DNA of 64,000 nucleotides from Mobula hypostoma (Eukaryota): NCBI RefSeq assembly GCF_963921235.1, contig NC_086097.1, forward strand, positions 244,716,001 through 244,780,000, written 5' to 3'. Position numbers and translations under genes: made by a program. The notes beneath the pieces were generated by a model. The model was not told the origin of the DNA. It worked only from the letters and a program-made list of their open reading frames with translations, and made no database searches. Position 1 is the stretch's first letter, and the number at the start of each line of letters is the position of its first letter. Shown here piece after piece: positions 50,041 to 62,139 of the stretch.

Positions 50041-51362
50041 CAACACAGACAAAATGCTTGGAGGTATTCAGCAGGTTAGGCAGCATCTATGAAAGTGAAT
50101 AAACTGTTGGCATTTTGTGCCGAGACCATACATGAGAATTGGAAAGGCAGAGGGAAGATGCCAGAATAAAAGGTGGGGAGAGGGGAAGGAGGACAAACAG
50201 GTGATAGGTGAAGCTAGGTGAGTAGGAAAGGTAAAGGGCTGGAGAAGAAGCAATCTGATTGGAGAGGAGAGTGGACTGCAGGAGAAAAGGCAAGTAGGAG
50301 GGGGCGATGAGTAAATGATGAGAAGAGAAGGAGCAATCGGGGGGCTAGTATGGGGAATGGATAAAGAGAGAAGGGGGAGGGGGAGAAATTGCCAGAAGTT
50401 AGAGAAATTAGTGTTTATGTTGTCAGGTTTGAGGCCACCTAGTGGGGATATAAGTTGTTGCTCCTCCACCCTGAGCGTGGCCTCATCGTGGAGGAAGAGG
50501 AGGCAATGGACTGACATGTTGGAATGGGAATTGAAATGTTTGATGGATAGAGTGGTGCTTGATAAGGCGGTTCCCCAGTTTATGATGTAGAGGAGGGCAC
50601 AGCAGGTGCACCAGATACAATAAACAACCCCAAGAGATTCACAGGTGAAGTGTTTCCTTACCTGGAAGAACTGTTTGGGGCTCTGAATGGAGGTGAGGGA
50701 GGAGGTAAATTTGCAGGTAACATTTCTGATGCTTGCAGGGATATGTGTCAGTTGGGAGATTAGTGAGGAGGGACAAACAGAGAAGGGAATCATGGAAGGA
50801 TTAATCCCTACAGAAAGCGACGAGTGAGGGAGGGAAGAGATGGAGGTGAAGTAAAGATGTGTTTGGTGGTAGGATTTTTTTGAAGACGGCTGAAGTTGCG
50901 GAGATTGAGGTGTTTCATGTGGAGGCTCATTGGGTGTAGGTTAGGACAAGCGGATCTCTATCCCTGTGAAGGCGGTGAGAAAATGAAGTGAGATGGATAT
51001 CTGGGAAATGGAGGATATAAGGGTGAGGGCAGTATCAGTGGTGGAGGATGGGAAACCTATTTTTTGAAGAAGGAGGACATCTCTGATGTTCTGCAAAGGA
51101 AAGCCTCATCCTAGGAACAGATGCATCAAAGACAAAGGAACTGAGAAAAGGGAATAACACTTTTACAGGAGACAGGATAGGAAGAGGTCTCATTAATAAA
51201 GCCATGGGAATCGCAAGGTTTATAAAAGATGTTAAGACAGTTTTTCCCCAGATATGGAGACAGATCGAGAAAGGGGAGAGAGGTGTCAGAGATGGTCCAA
51301 GTGAATTTAAGGGCAGTGTGGAAGTTGGAGGTAATGTTGACAAAATTGACAAGATTAGCATG
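50041..51362 (-). mobile_element. Older Penelope-like element (RT C-terminus + GIY-YIG remnants; decayed hammerhead)
   Basis: NFHTALKFTWTISDTSLPFLDL (51126-51401) and HFTCESLGVVYCIWCTCCALLYI (50068-50793). Confidence 0.85.
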
Positions 51363-51834
51363 GGTACCCTTCCCTCGTACATAGCCTCCACTTTCTATCA
51401 TATAGACTGTATGCCTATCTTAGATGCCCCTAACATATCGACCTCTGTCTACCTCTACCACAGCCCCTGGCAGGGCATATCAGACACTCATCACTCTCTG
51501 CATTAAAAAAAGTAAATAAAATGAATTTTAAAAAAAAACAACTTATCTCTGACATTCCCTCCACCTCACTTAAAATCACACTAAAATTATGCTCTCTGGT
51601 ATGAGCCATTTATGAGAAAAAAGTCTCTGTTTATCTACTTGGTCTATGCCTCTTATCATCTTGTAGAGACAGAGTGATAGAAAAGTACAGCACAGAAACA
51701 GGCCTCCATATACCTATCCAAACTTCTCTTAAACATTGAAATTGAGCTCACATGCACCACTTGTGCTAGCAGCTCATTCCACACTCTCATGACCCTCTGA
51801 ATGAAGAAGTTTTCCCTCATGTTCCCCTTAATAA

Positions 51835-53250
51835 AGGTTGACTCTGCAGTTAAGAAGGCATATGGTGCATTGGCCTTCAACAATCGTGGGATTGAGTTTA
51901 AGAGCTAAGAGGTAATGTTGCAGCTATATAGGACCCTGGTCAGACCCCACTTGGAGTGCTGTACTCAATTCTGGTCACCTCACTACAAGAAGGACATGGA
52001 AACCATAGAAAGGGTGCAGAGGAGACTTACAAGGATGTTGCCTGGATTGGGGAGCATGCCTTATGAGAATAGATTGAGTGAACTCGGCCTTTTCTCCTTG
52101 GAGCGTCAGAGGATGAGAGGTGACCTGATAGAGATGTACAAGATGATGAGAGCCATTGATTGTGTGGATAGTCAGAGGCTTTTTCCCAGGGCTGAAATGG
52201 CTAGCACGCGAGGGCATAGTTTTAAGGTGCTTGGAAGTTGGTACAGAGGAGATGCTAGGGGTAAGTTTTTTTCGCAGAGAGTGGTTAGTGCGTGGAATGG
52301 GCTGCCGATGGAGGTGGAACCGATAGAGTCTTTTAAGAGACACCTGGATAGGTAGATAGAGCTTAGAAAAATAGAGGTCTAGAGGTTTGGCACAGCTTTC
52401 TGGACTGAAGGGCTTGTATTGTGCTGTATGTTTTCTATGTTTCTATTAATCTTTTTACCTTTCATCCTTAACATATGAACTCTCGTTGTAGCTCCACCCA
52501 ACCTCAGTGGAAAAAGTCTGCATGCATTTACCCTATCTATACCCCTCATAATTTTGTATGTCTCTATCAAATATCCTCTCAATCTTCTACATTCTAAAGA
52601 ATGCATTTCTAACCTATTCAATCTTTCCTTATAACTTGTGGCCTCCATACCCAGCAATATCCTATCCTTCGTAAATGTTCTCTGTACTTTGTCAACCTTG
52701 TTTACATTTGCCCTGTAGGTATGTGACCAAAACTGCCCACAATACCCCAAATACTATAGAGAGAGTGCAAAGGAGATTCACAACGATGTTGCCTGGATAG
52801 GAGAGCATGCCTTATGAGAATAGGTTAGGTGAACTTGCCCTTTCTTCCTTGGAGCGACGGAAGATGAGAGGTGACCTAATAGAGATGTATAAGTTGATCA
52901 GAGTCATTGATCATTTGGATAGACAGAGGCTTTTTCCCAGGGTTGAACTGGCTAACATGAGGGAGCATAGTTTTACGGTGCTTGGAAGTAGGTACAAGGG
53001 GGATGTCAGAGGTAAGATTTTCACATAGAGAGTGGTGGGTGTATGGAATGCACTGCCAGCTGTAGAGGTAGAGATGGATGCAGTAGGATCTTTTAAGGGA
53101 CTCTTAGATACGTGATGTGGAGATTAGAAAAATAGAGGGGTATGTGGTAGGAAAATTCTGGGCAGTTTCTAAAGTGGGTTACATAATTGGCACAACATTG
53201 TGGGCTGAAGGGCCTGCAATGTGTTGTAGATTTCTATATTCTATGTTCTA
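51835..53250 (+). mobile_element. Two 5'-truncated + strand CR1 copies (51835-52445 and 52755-53250) inserted in a minus-strand CR1
   Basis: ORFs 51915-52355 and 52807-53028. Both end in ...ttctatgtttcta-type tails. Confidence 0.85.
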
Positions 53251-55890
53251 AATTAGACCTCACCAATGCCTTATACAACTTCAACATAACATCCCTTCTC
53301 CTGTACTCAGTACATTGATTTATGAAGGCCAATGTGCCAGAAGCTTTCTTTACAACCCTTTCTACCTGTGATACCACTTTCAACTAATTATGGACTTGTA
53401 TTCTCAGATCCCTTTGTTCTACCACACTCTTCAGTGCCCTACTGTTCACTGTATGTGACCTACCCTGGTTAGTCCTACTGAAGTGCAAAACCTCACAATT
53501 GTGTGCATTAAAAGCCATCTGCCAGTTTTCAACTCATTTTTCCAGTGGATGCAGATCCCTCTGCCGGCCATGCTGTCCTTCCTCACTGTCCACTACACCC
53601 CAATCTTGGTGTCATCTGCAAATTTGCTGATCCGGTTAACCACGTTATCATCCAGATCACTGCTATAGATATCAAAGAACAAAGGACCCAGCACCAATCC
53701 CTGCAGCAGTAGTCATAGGCTTCCAGTCGGAGAGGCAAACTTCTACTACCACTCTCTGGTTTCTCCCACAAAGCCAATGTCTAATCCAATTTACAGCCTC
53801 ATCTTGAAAGGCAAGCAAGTGACTGATCCTTCCTGACCAACCTCCCAAGCGGGACCTTGTCAAGTGACTTGCTAAAGTTCATGTAGACAATATCCACTGC
53901 CTTTTGCCTACATCTGCTTTCCTGGTAACTTCCTCAAAAAATTCTATAAGTTGGTTAGACATGACCCATCGCACACAAAGCCATGCTGACTATCCTTAAT
54001 CAGTTCATGTCTATTCAAATATTCATATATATGATCCTTTAGAATACCTTTCAGTAACTCCCACAACTGATATCAGACTCACCAGCCTATAATTTCCTAG
54101 TTTCTGCTTAGAGTATTTTTTAATCATTTGAACAACATTGGCTATCGTCATTTCCTCTGGCACCTCTCCTGTTGCTAATGATGTTTTAAATATCTCTGCT
54201 AGAGCCTCAGCAATTTCTGTACCTGCCTTCGGTAGAGTCAGAGGGAGCACCTTGTCAGGCCCTGGGTATTTACCCATCCTGATCTGCTTCTGTAGCAAAC
54301 ACCTCCTCCTCCTCTGTAATCTGTACAGGGTCCATGAAGTTGAAGCTGCTTTGCTTCACTTCAGTAGGCTCTGTATTCGCCTCCCGAGTAAATACAGATG
54401 CAAAGAATGCATTTACGATCTCCCGCGTCTGTTTTGACACCACACATGGATTACCATTTTGGTCTTCTGGAGGACCAATTTTATCCCTAGCAATCCCTTT
54501 GCTCTTAACATATTTGTTGAATCCCTTAGGATTCTCCTTCACCTTGTCTGCTAGAGCAACGTCATGCCTTCCTGATTTATTTCTTAAGTATTCTCTTGCA
54601 TTTCTTGTACCCCATAAACACTTCATTTGTTCCTACCTGCCTATGCCTGCTATGCACCGCCTTTTTTTTCATTAACCAGGGCCTTAATATCTTGTGAAAA
54701 CCAAGGTTTCCTACATTTGTTATCTTTACCTTTTATTCTGACAGCCTTGTACTCTCAGACTTTTGTTTTTGAAGGCTTTCCACTTTCCAAGTACACCTTG
54801 GCCAGAAAGCAGCTTGTTCCAGTCCACACTTGCCAGATCATTTCTGATACCATCAAAATTGGCCTTTCTCCAATTAAGAATCACAACCTGTGGACCAGAT
54901 CTATCCTTTTGCATATTTACTTTGAAACTAATAGCATTGTGGTCACTGGATGCAAACTGTTCCCTACAGAAACTTCTGTCACCTGCCCTGTCTCATTTGC
55001 TAATAGCACGCTCTCATGGTGGGACTTCTACGTACTGTTGAACGAAACTTTCATGAACACATTTGACAAGCTCATCTAGTCCTTTTACAGCATGGGATTC
55101 CCAGTCAAAATGGGTAAAGTTTAAAATCACGGTCTATAACAATTTTATGTGTCTTTCACATTAACGCGGTGGTCTGTAATATTACCTCATTAACGTGGTC
55201 ATACCTTTCTTACTTTTCGGTTCTACCCGCAATGCCTCAATAGTCGAGTTCTCTAGTCTGTCCTGATGTGCACTGCCGTGACATTTCCCTGACTAGTTAT
55301 GGCACTCCTCTTCCTTTAATCCCTCCTGCTTTGTTACATTTGAAACGACAGAACCCAAGGATATTGAGCTACCAATCCTGCCCCTCCTGCAACCAAGTCT
55401 CACTAATGGCTACAACGTCATAATTTCAGATGTTGATTCATGCCCTGAGCTTATCTGCCTTTCCTATGATACTTGCATTGAAATGTACACAGCTCAGGAC
55501 ACTAGTCACACCATGTTTAACCTTTTGATTCCTAACTTTGTCTAAGGTCTTACCAACATCTGCCTTCACAATATCTCCATTAACTTTCTGGCACTCTGGT
55601 TCCCATATAACCCCACTTGATTTGAGGTGTCCCAGACACTGGCAGCCAGGAGACAACTTACCATCCGGGAATCTTGTTCTCACCCACAAAACCAACTGTA
55701 CGTTCCTCTAATGTACAAATCCCCTATTACCATAGTGTGCTCCTTCCCCCCCGCTTCCCTTCCAAGTTGCAGAGGCAGACTCAGTACCAGAGACCTGACC
55801 AATGTGACTTTCCTCTTTTAGGCCACCCCCCCCCCCAACAGTATCCAAAGGGATATACCTGTTGTTGAGGGTGATGGCCATAGGGGTACC
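52445..55890 (-). mobile_element. Long decayed CR1 LINE (ORF1 remnant, EN, RT)
   Basis: CVHFNASIIGKADKLRA, LNWRKANFDGIR, KENPKGFNKYVKSK, NYRLVSLISVVG and ORF 52379-52750. Confidence 0.85.
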
Positions 55891-56244
55891 CTGCATGGCC
55901 CAGCACACCATAGCACAGAAAATTGTACTGGTGACAACAGACTGGTTGAACTCATAAAGGAGAGGTCTTTATACTCCAAAGGACCTTAGTCTCCTCAGGA
56001 AGTAGAGGCCACTCTGGGTCTTCTTGTACACAGCCTCTATGTTGGTGCCCCACTCAAGTCAGTCATCCAGGTGCACGCCCAAGTACTTGAAGGGCCTGTA
56101 CCTGTCTATCAAGTCAGCTCTCAACCCCTTTCCCTCCAAAGAGAAAAGCCCAAGCCTACTCAATCTATCTCCATAAGACATGTCCTCTAATCCAGGCAGC
56201 ATCCTAATGAATGTGTTTTGAACATTTTTCTTGTTATCACAATA

Positions 56245-56765
56245 GACCATAAGACCGTAAGACAAAGGAGCAGAAGTCGGCCATTCGGCCCATCGAGTCT
56301 GTTCCGCCATTTTATCATGAGCTGATCCATTCTCCCATTTAGTCCCACTCTCCCACCTTCTCACCATAACCTTTAATGCCCTGGCTACTCAGATACCTAT
56401 CCATCTCTGCCTTAAATACACCCAATGACTTGGCCTCCACTGCTGCCCGTGGCAACAGATTCCATAGATTCACCACCCTCTGACTAAAAAAATTTCTTCG
56501 CATTTCTATTCTGAATGGGCATCCTTCAATCCTTAAGTCATGCCCTCTCGTACTAGACTCCCCCATCATGGGAAACAACTTTGCCACATCCACTCTGTCC
56601 ATGCCTTTCAACATTCGAAGTGTTTCTATAAGGTCTCCCCTCATTCTTCTAAACTCCAAGGAATACAGTCCAAGAGAGGACAAACGTTCCTCATATGTTA
56701 ACCCTTTCATTCCCGGAATCATTCTAGTGAATCTTCTCTGTACCCTCTCCAATGTCAGCACATCA
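56245..56765 (-). mobile_element. Young 5'-truncated CR1
   Basis: Uninterrupted DVLTLERVQRRFTRMIPG...GIKGYGEKVGEWD (ORF 56339-56884). Tail is gaccataagaccgtaagac. Confidence 0.9.
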
Positions 56766-58199
56766 AATAGTCTGTTGCACATTGGTAATACAAGATACTG
56801 CAAACTTGGTTCATTGACGAGACCGATGACAGGAGAGCTGCATGGCCTTGGTTGTTGTGCGATATAGGCTGTCATGTGGGGCATTGTTAGTTACAGCCAC
56901 ACAGTGGAAAAGGCTCTGGAGGAATTGTGGGAGTGAACAGAGCCGCAGAGTGTCTGTGCTGGGTTGGGGCCTGGCCCTTGCAGGCTGGTTCTCCTGTTGA
57001 GACTGGTCTCTGTGTTTGCTAACTGGAAGACAAATTGGATTGCCTTCATCTGTGGCTGACTAGCGTGAGAGGAACTGCTGTGTGCTCATTCTTGCAGCAA
57101 CGTGGCTCCAGGACAACATCCTATGTACCATCAATCTTCAGGCCCTGCCATTCAGGGACTTGTGCTAATATTTTGATGACTATTTGTAACTACTGTGATG
57201 ATATTTCTTTCTAACTGTCCTCATTAGTTGATGTTTAAGCAGCTTTATAGATGGCAGTACCCCATAGCTTTAGGTACTTTGATACTGTCAGAGATATTTT
57301 GCTCGGTCCTGTTCATTCCCCCCCCCCGCCCCAGTCTCTTTGCAGCTTAAAACCAATTTGTTTTCTCACTATTCTAGCTCTGATGGAGGGTGCTTGACCC
57401 GAGACTTCAATTCAGGTTGCCTTTCTTTAGATTCTGCCTGACTTGTAGAGGTTATCTATCATTTACTGTTTTGTACTATTTGTTCTTGAAATAAAATCAA
57501 ATGAGTTTCAGCTGTTGTGCATAATTGATAAGTTTGATATTTTCCTGTTGAAATCAAAGCTTGAAAGTAAGTCAGTGTTTCACATTACAAGCTGTTTGTA
57601 CACCAGCTCAGAGTGTATACTCACATTGACTTGAGAATTGTAGTTTTAATAACGCTGAAAAATAACACAGTAAGGTCTGAGGGCAGAGTTCAGAAGATTC
57701 TACCAATGAACTTGCTAATGGATTTGTTTTGTCTTAGACCTTTGGCTCAACTCTTCTCTGCTGACCAAGATGCCTTATTGGGAGGGGTGGGGGTGGAGAA
57801 CCTTGGATTCATTTACTCATCCTACTTGGCTGCAGTGATGATTGTGACAAGCTGCAATTAAAATCCTATTGAAATATTAATAAAAATGATATAAATTAAG
57901 CAGCATATATTTCTGTCAGAATTACCCATTCATTTGTTTTAGGTTATGAAGCAATGCAAATGGGTATAGTCATGCTGTTGACTTCCATAGCATTGATAAA
58001 GATACAGTATTTTTTTAAGTCACTTAATACTCTGTTTCTGAAAACATATATCAAGGGTTGTAAAGATGATCTTTCTCTCTGTCCTCTTTACTCATCTCTC
58101 CAACTCCACCCTCCCTTCCCCCACCTCCAATAATCAACAATAACAAAAGAGAAATTCTGCCATTCTGTGAGTACTTAATGAGCAAAGCTGCTGGTCACT

Positions 58200-59137
58200 A
58201 AACAATGCGAAGTTCAGATATTGAATGGTATCTGATTGGTGGCTAATTCTGTTATAATTTGAAATTATTTTCTTAAGCTTATTGGTATTTTTATTTTAAT
58301 GGTGTATTCTGTTTTGACCTTTGATTTTGAAAGTGAATGAACGTGATTGTAAAATTAAATTTAAAACCCATTTCCGTGGTATATAATTACATAAACACAT
58401 CCAAAATAAAATTAAGATCACTGTCCAGATTGAGGGCTTTAAGAAACTGATTAAAATGCAAAACAACACAAGTGAACCTCGCCCTGCTCAGTGGCATTCA
58501 TTAATTAAATCCCAGTCTCTGTAGCACAGGATAAAACCCTGTGCAGTTACATCAACACTGCTATACAGTGTAGCAGCAGTTAAAAAGAAATCTTTTCAAA
58601 GACACCATAGTTAACATGAAATTGTGATTATCTGTTAGCTTATTCAAAAATTCCTTCCAATATAATGTAAAAATGAAAGGAGGGCATCGAATAAGAACAT
58701 AGTACTATTCATTATTGAAGTGACATTAGCCATATAACGGAAACACACTGAAGAAAATTATTCATGGCTTTGGAGTTTCATGGCTTAATAATGGCTGGCT
58801 AATTTTTAATATGAGCAGGGGCTTCCTGCAAGAATCTGGGGGAGAAAAGGAATTGCGGTTGAGTGTAAAAACAGAATTTATATGCATGAGAAATTTTCAC
58901 TTCTAGCACTGGCTATGTCGAATGATGTCATCTGTCAGCTGATTGGTTGCTCGAACCGAGTAAAGGGGGAAAGGGTAAAGATGCAGGAATAAGCCTCTGT
59001 TGTATTCATGGCGAGTATTTTGAGATGGAGACACGAATCAATTGTTATTGATAATTGACTTCCTCTTGGTCATGTGATCTATTGGGAGCTTCTTGCATGA
59101 GAGGATTTGACAGGGTGTTTTTTTTTTGCAAAAAGGA
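58200..59137 (+). promoter_or_regulatory. clasp2: Putative internal promoter/5' UTR of the CLASP2 beta-type isoform
   Basis: TE-free island with a tight motif cluster: TGATGTCA (CRE-like, 58923), CATCTG (58929), CAGCTG (58936) and ATTGG (58942), plus a second ATTGG at 58235. The TSS cannot be determined from sequence. Confidence 0.55.
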
Positions 59138-59171
59138 ATGAGACGGCTGATTTGCAAGAGGATCTGTGCCT
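59138..59171 (+). CDS. clasp2: CLASP2 beta-type alternative first coding exon: MRRLICKRICA(Y)
   Basis: ATG AGA CGG CTG ATT TGC AAG AGG ATC TGT GCC T|GTAAGT. T plus AT gives Tyr, yielding MRRLICKRICAYKSFDDEES, compared with recalled mammalian CLASP2beta MRRLICKRICDYKSFDDEES. Confidence 0.92.
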
Positions 59172-59538
59172 GTAAGTTGCAGAATCGGGGCGGAAAAGGC
59201 AGAGAACTGGTGACACAGTGGGAGGATGTGTAGGCAGAAGCACATACAAAAGCAGTACTCATAAGGATTCTCTTCAAGAATGTATTTTAGCATTTACAAC
59301 AGGATGTAAATGTCAGTAACGTGGAGTGGTGTCCAGTTTGCTTTGGTCTTAAATTGAAGTAGGAGATATAGATGCAGAGGATGAAAAAATCTAGAGAATG
59401 TTATTTTAGCAGGGTGGGTTTTTTTTGTTTTTCATTTTGAAGTCACGCTGGCTTTATAAAATAATAATAGGATTGGAATGATTTTGATTGAGAAAATTCT
59501 TCAAGGTTAATTTGTATTTTTTATATATATCTAACTAG

Positions 59539-59670
59539 ATAAAAGCTTTGATGATGAGGAGTCAGTGGATGGAAGCAGACCAGCAGCAACTAAGGTATCT
59601 GCGACCAAGAAAATGGGAAGTGCAAGCATTGGTGGGAAACGATCAGCCTCTGCACCTGGATCCAAAGCAG
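59539..59670 (+). CDS. clasp2: CLASP2 first common exon: (D)KSFDDEESVDGSRPAATKVSATKKMGSASIGGKRSASAPGSKA(G)
   Basis: Acceptor ctaacTAG ends at 59538, donor CAG|GTACAG at 59671. The exon is 132 nt, phase 1-1, with an open frame. KSFDDEESVDG matches CLASP2 (CLASP1 has KNFDDEDSVDG). Confidence 0.93.
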
Positions 59671-59819
59671 GTACAGTGGCGCTGCTGTACTCTTGTATTA
59701 TGTGAAAAAAATATCTTCCAAGGACAAATCTAATTTATGTGAACATTGAGTACAGAATTTGTATTTCTTTTGTGATGAAAATGAAGAGGCAGATGTTCAC
59801 TATTTCAGTAACTAAAAAT

Positions 59820-61220
59820 TAGACCTTAAGACATCAGAGCAGAATTAGCTCATTCAGCCTGCTGGTTCTGCTCTGCCATTTCATCGTAGCTGATCAATTT
59901 CCCTCTTAACCCCATCCTCCTGCCTTCTCCCTGTAATGTTTCATGTCTTGACTAATCAAGAACCCATCAACATCTGCCTTAAGTACACACAATGACCTGG
60001 CCTCCACAGCCACCTGTGGCAACGAATTCCATAGATTCACCGCCCTCTGATTAAAGAAGTTCTTCTAAATTCCAGCGACTACAGGCCCAAAACAATCAAG
60101 TGCTTCTCATATGATAACCCTTTCATTCCAGGAATCATTCTTGTGAACCTCCTCTGAGCCCTCCAATGTCAGTACATCCTTTCTTAGATAAGGGGCCCAG
60201 AATGCTCACAGTATACAAAGTGAGGCCTCACTAGTGCCTTATAACAACTCAGCATTACATCCTTGCTTCTATATTCTAGTCCTTTCGAAATGACCACTGC
60301 ATTTGCCTTTCTCACCACCAACTCAACATGCAAGTTAACCTTTAGGGAATCCTGCACGAGGACTCCCAAGTCGCTTTGCATCTCAGACTTTTGAATTTTC
60401 TCCCACTTAGAAAATAGACTACACCTTTATTCCTTCTACCACAGTGCATGACCATACAATCCCCTACAATATATTCCATCTGCCACTTCTTTGCCCATTC
60501 TTCTAACCAAAGTTCTTCTGCAGCCTCCCTGCTTCCTCAACACTAAATGCCCTTCCGCTTATCTTCATATCATCCGCAACTTGGCCACAAAGCCATCAGT
60601 TCTTTCGTCCAAATCATTGACGTATGATGTAAAAAGGAGTGGTCCCAACACCGACCTAGTCACAGGCAGCCAATCTTTATTCCCACTCTTTCCCTCCTAC
60701 CAATCAATCACTGCTTTATCCATGCTAGAATCTTTCCTGTAATACCATGGGCTTGTAGCTTGTTAACCAGCCTCATGTGGCACCTTGTTAAAGGCCTTAT
60801 GCAAATCCAAGTGCACAACATCAACCAATTCTCCTTTGTCTATCCTGTTTGTTATTTCATCAAAGAATTCCAACAGATTTGTCAGGCAAGGTTTTCTGGG
60901 GTGTAGGAAACCACACTGACTTTGGTCCATTTTGTCACGTGCCTCCAGGTACCTGGAAACCTTATCCTTAACAGTAGACTCCAACATCTTCCAACCATTG
61001 AGGTCAGACTAACTGGCCTATAATTTCCTTTAGTTTGTCTCCCTCCCATCTTGAAGAGTGGAGTGACATTTGCAATTTTACAGTCCTCTGGAACCATGCC
61101 AGAATCGAGTGATTCTTCAGACCTTTCAGCTTGCCAGGCACCTTCTCCCCAGTAAAAGCAATTGCACTTATCTCTGCTCTGACACTCTTGAACTTCCCGC
61201 AAACTGCTAGTGAAGAATGA
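59820..61220 (-). mobile_element. CR1 LINE remnant
   Basis: ORFs 60184-60381, 60763-60987 and 60882-61202 (ANVTPLFK...NYRPVSLTS). Confidence 0.85.
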
Positions 61221-62139
61221 TGCACAAATGGTTCCCGGTTTTCTTGCATAATGTGACTAACTAGAGGTGACTTTAAAAAAATCATAAATAGTTCAATGAT
61301 TTATTTTCAAGCATTTTAAACATAACTTTAGAAGTTTTTATAGTCTTATTTTCATTGTTCTTGCTAGCCTGCACCCTTAATTCTTTTTTCCTTTTCCTTA
61401 TCATTACTTTTGCTGAATTCTGAAATAATCCAAACCTCAAGTACTAATCTACAGCAACTTGCTAAATTTTTCCTTTGATCAAATACTATATCAGAATCGT
61501 ATTGCTGTGGTTTATATATCACTTGGAAAGTAGAATAATTTTTAAAATATTTGTACTGCATGCTTAATATTTATACATTTTAATGTGATTTCCCATGCTT
61601 TGTCTTGTTCAGATTTAAGATTCTGGTTTCAGATTGTAGTAATCATTTTTATATAATTCACTGATAATTTATTTATGCCAAAATGCCTCTTATCAACCAG
61701 ATTTTCAATGAATCTTTTCCCATTGTACAGAACAATCTAAAAAAGCTTCTTTCTTCATTGTCATAGAATGATTGCATAATAATTTTAGTTGGTAAATTGG
61801 TTTATTTTTGTCACATGTACCAAGATTCATTGAAAAATATTGTTTCAATGTCATCCATACAGATCATTTTCATCACATCAGAACACTGAGGTAGTACAAT
61901 TGTAAACAATAAGAAACTGCAGGCAAAGTGTTATATTGCATTGCAGGTAAACAATAAGGTGCAAGGCCATAACAAACTAGATTGTGAGGTCAAGATTGTG
62001 TCTTATCATACTAGGGGATTTATAACTGGAGTAAAAGCTGTCCTAGAGCCAGGTGGTATGTTCTTTCAGGCTTTTGTATCTTCCACTCGATGGGGTGAGC
62101 GAGAAGAGAGAACATCTGGGGTGGGTGTTTTTTGATTAT

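Noticed and set aside
57930..57970. Possible small exon (tttgttttAG...tgg|gtatag)
   Set aside because: Weak donor and no homology support.
59548..59733. 61-aa ORF from the track overlapping the CLASP2 exon
   Set aside because: Wrong frame. The CLASP2 frame (KSFDDEESVDG) is bounded by splice sites.
61540..61645. Possible CLASP2 microexon (TGCATG, pyrimidine tract, two CAG acceptors)
   Set aside because: No convincing donor and no recognisable CLASP2 peptide; RNA-seq would be needed.
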